Virus record (IMG/VR): IMGVR_UViG_3300028197_001558
Location: 1,276 to 65,275 of that record
DNA length: 64,000 bases
Direction: 5' to 3' (one strand)
Source: a virus
Lineage: Duplodnaviria; Caudoviricetes
In this document: piece by piece, positions 61,551-64,000 of the stretch
Layout of the letters: each line of letters begins with the position of its first letter
How positions within the stretch are numbered: the first letter of the stretch is position 1
Translations under genes and position numbers: made by a program
The notes under the pieces: generated by a model
What the model saw: the letters and a program-made list of their open reading frames with translations, nothing else
The model's database searches: none
Told to the model about the DNA's origin: nothing

Positions 61551-62678
61551 ATGTCTAATATGTTAGAACAAGCAATAGCAGATGCGGCTGCCCTTAGAGA
61601 ACAAGCAATTAAGAATGCTGAGCAGTCTGTTTTAGACAAGTACTCACGACAAATCAAAGAAGCAGTAGACCAAATGCTTGAGATGGATGACGCTCCGCAA
61701 AGAGCACAATCTATTGTAGCAGAAGCTGAAGAAGAATTAATGCAAGAAGAAGAAGGCGATGGCATGGGTGCTGCTCCTGCTGAATCTTCATTCGATGCTC
61801 CACCTTCTTGGGATTCACGCTTTGATGATATTTCCACAAAATTAACTGCAATGGTTGATAACTTACCAGAAGACGAAAACGGCATGGTCGATTTGGATCT
61901 TGGCGACTTCTCAGTTCCCGAAGATGAAGAGATGGCAGCCTCAGGAGCTCTAGAAGAGCCCACAAGCGATCTTGGAGACTTGGGAGGGGAAACACCCGCT
62001 GAAGAAGGTGGAGACGGTTTAGACGACCTTCTCGGAGGCCTTGAAGATGATGCTGGAGAAGGTGATGAATTAGACCTTCAAGAAGTCCTTAGTATGCTCG
62101 AGGAAGACATGGAGATCGATTATAATCCACAAACCGATTCTCTAGGAAAATGGAGAAACAATCGAAGCAGAGAAGAGTTCAACGGCGAAATGGCTGATGT
62201 TCTCTATGAAGAAGAGCCCGAAGAAGAAAGCACTGACGAAGAAAAGGAAGAGCTCATGGGCAAAGTTAACGAATTACACGAGACAGTAAAGAGTCTGACG
62301 CAACAAAGAACACAACTGGAAAGCGTCCTTACCAAGCTAGAATCCTATCTTGAGGAATCTTTATTGTCCAACGCAAAGTTTTTATATCAAAACCGCACAC
62401 TGAGCGATGCCTCCCTGAATGAGCGACAAAAGTCAAAAATTGTCGAAGCCATCTCCAATGCGGAGTCTCCGAAAGAAGCTAAAAGACTTCACGAGACACT
62501 CAAAGCTACAGTGGGGTCGACGCCTAACAGCACAAGAGGCCCACAATCACTTAGCGAGTCTGTCAATCGAAGATCGAACTTAAGTTCTATGCTAAATTCG
62601 AGACAAAACATTAAAGAAAGCAAGAATTCTGAACCATCTCTCAAAGAGAAGATGCAGAGACTTGCCGGCATAAAATAA
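61551..62678 (+). CDS. Prohead scaffold/core protein (T4 gp22-like role)
   Basis: Highly acidic with C-terminal coiled coil; ends MQRLAGIK; immediately upstream of MCP; AGGAG RBS. Confidence 0.75.
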   Translation: MSNMLEQAIADAAALREQAIKNAEQSVLDKYSRQIKEAVDQMLEMDDAPQRAQSIVAEAEEELMQEEEGDGMGAAPAESSFDAPPSWDSRFDDISTKLTAMVDNLPEDENGMVDLDLGDFSVPEDEEMAASGALEEPTSDLGDLGGETPAEEGGDGLDDLLGGLEDDAGEGDELDLQEVLSMLEEDMEIDYNPQTDSLGKWRNNRSREEFNGEMADVLYEEEPEEESTDEEKEELMGKVNELHETVKSLTQQRTQLESVLTKLESYLEESLLSNAKFLYQNRTLSDASLNERQKSKIVEAISNAESPKEAKRLHETLKATVGSTPNSTRGPQSLSESVNRRSNLSSMLNSRQNIKESKNSEPSLKEKMQRLAGIK

Positions 62679-62696
62679 TTTTAAGGAGATTTTAAA

Positions 62697-64000
62697 ATGT
62701 CAATTATCGAAACACTCACAGAGGGCATGGTTAACCGTAATATGGAAACCGAAGGCGCCGCTCTGTTAAATAAATGGACTCAAACTGGACTTTTGGAAGG
62801 TTTGGACGGTGCTAAAGCACAAAATATGGCTGTTCTTTTAGAGAACCAAGCTAAGCAACTTTTGAAAGAAAGTTCTTCAATGGGAGCAGGTGATGTTGCA
62901 GGTTTTGCTGCTGTTGCTTTCCCAATCGTTCGTCGTGTATTCGCCGGACTTATCGCAAACGATCTTGTAAGTGTTCAACCGATGTCTTTGCCATCTGGTT
63001 TAATCTTCTTTCTTGACTTTGTATACTCACCATCATTGAATGGTTCTGATACTCAAGATTCTCGTTTTGGTAATCTTAAAAACGCTTCTATCTACGGTAC
63101 TAACAAGGTTGGTTCTGGAGTAATCGACGGTGTTGATCTTGTTGATGCTCGTGGTGGCGATCTTTCACAAACTCGTGGAATGGTTGGATATGCTTATGGT
63201 TCACCAGAAGCTGTTGGCTTAGCTGGATCTGTTTCTGTAACTGGTGCTGTTGGAGACATTGGTCTTAAAGCTATTATTACTCTTGATGGAGCATTGACAG
63301 ACGCAGAGAAGAAAGTGTTGAAATATGACCCAGACCTTTTGTCAAAAACTGCTGGAACAGAAACCGTTGTTGTTTTTGATATTGCTGATTCACACTTCAC
63401 CAACCCAGACTTCGACAACATGTCTGCTTTCGCTTTGAAAGAACTTCAAGACGGTACTGACCTTGCCTCTGTGCAAGGTATTTCTGACGGAATTAGATTG
63501 TTCTTGGATAACAACGGTGGTATTACACCTGGTGTAATCACTGGAATTTCTCAAGTTCGTCGCTTGACTCAACATCTTGAAGATTCTACTTCTGTTATTA
63601 CTAGTAATGCAGCTGCAGTTCGATTCTTCTTAGTAGATGCAGCTGGAACATACACTGACGTTATTAATACTGCAGCAACAGCTGTTGGTACTGATGCTTT
63701 ACGTGTCGAAGCTGTCCGTTATCCTGCAAAAGACACTGCTACTGGTGGTGCCGGAGACGGAACAATTGATACCTTCACAATGTTATTGGAGAACAATAGC
63801 GAAATTCCAGAGATCGACATCAAGGTTGACTCTACAGCGATCACTGCTCAAACCAAAAAGTTGAAAGCAAAGTGGACTCCTGAATTAGGACAAGACTTGA
63901 ACGCTTACCACAACATTGATGCTGAGGTTGAATTGACTTCTATCTTGTCAGAGCAAATTGCTTTGGAAATCGATCGTGAGATCTTGGCTGACCTGTAAAT
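62697..64000 (+). CDS. Major capsid protein (T4 gp23-like), truncated by window end
   Basis: MAVLLENQ, FPIVRRVF, LVSVQPMSLPSGLIFFLD, TKKLKAKWTPELGQDLNAYH, LSEQIALEIDREI. Confidence 0.95.

Noticed and set aside
472-63864. Numerous short minus-strand and nested ORFs from the six-frame track
   Set aside because: They overlap long plus-strand genes, lack RBS or motifs, and are expected antisense shadows
1-64000. Alternative genetic code (stop-codon reassignment, seen in some large phages)
   Set aside because: Core genes are full length under the standard code, and TAA, TAG and TGA all end genes with tight coupling
1-64000. tRNA/rRNA genes, introns, inteins, homing endonucleases
   Set aside because: No intergenic gap with a cloverleaf seen; TerL, portal and primase are uninterrupted; no HNH/GIY-YIG/LAGLIDADG motifs noticed

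Overview
Gene-dense, all-plus-strand, standard-code segment of a large T4-like (myovirus, probably jumbo) bacteriophage. 1-32.9 kb is a baseplate/tail module (amidase, gp5-like, gp25, gp6, LamG proteins, tail-collar-like proteins). 32.9-40.6 kb is a small replication/recombination island (RuvC-like resolvase, primase, fused Mre11-Rad50/SbcD-SbcC) driven by sigma70-type promoters. A putative lysis trio follows, then a head module (TerL, portal, prohead protease, bS21, fibre/decoration proteins, scaffold, truncated major capsid). The most striking signal is at least 10 small genes with mostly unrelated bodies that share one of two N-terminal leaders (MKL[TN]K/E..L[KR].[IL]I[KN]E x8; MN.KLIME.WR.FL x2). 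They sit as cassettes at the starts of core genes and carry DNA duplication scars; three have GNAT-like bodies. They are candidate capsid-targeted, protease-matured injected cargo. A recurrent CTA(T/A)TTA motif marks structural genes as a probable late promoter. All functional calls come from motifs and synteny read by eye; no database searches were run.
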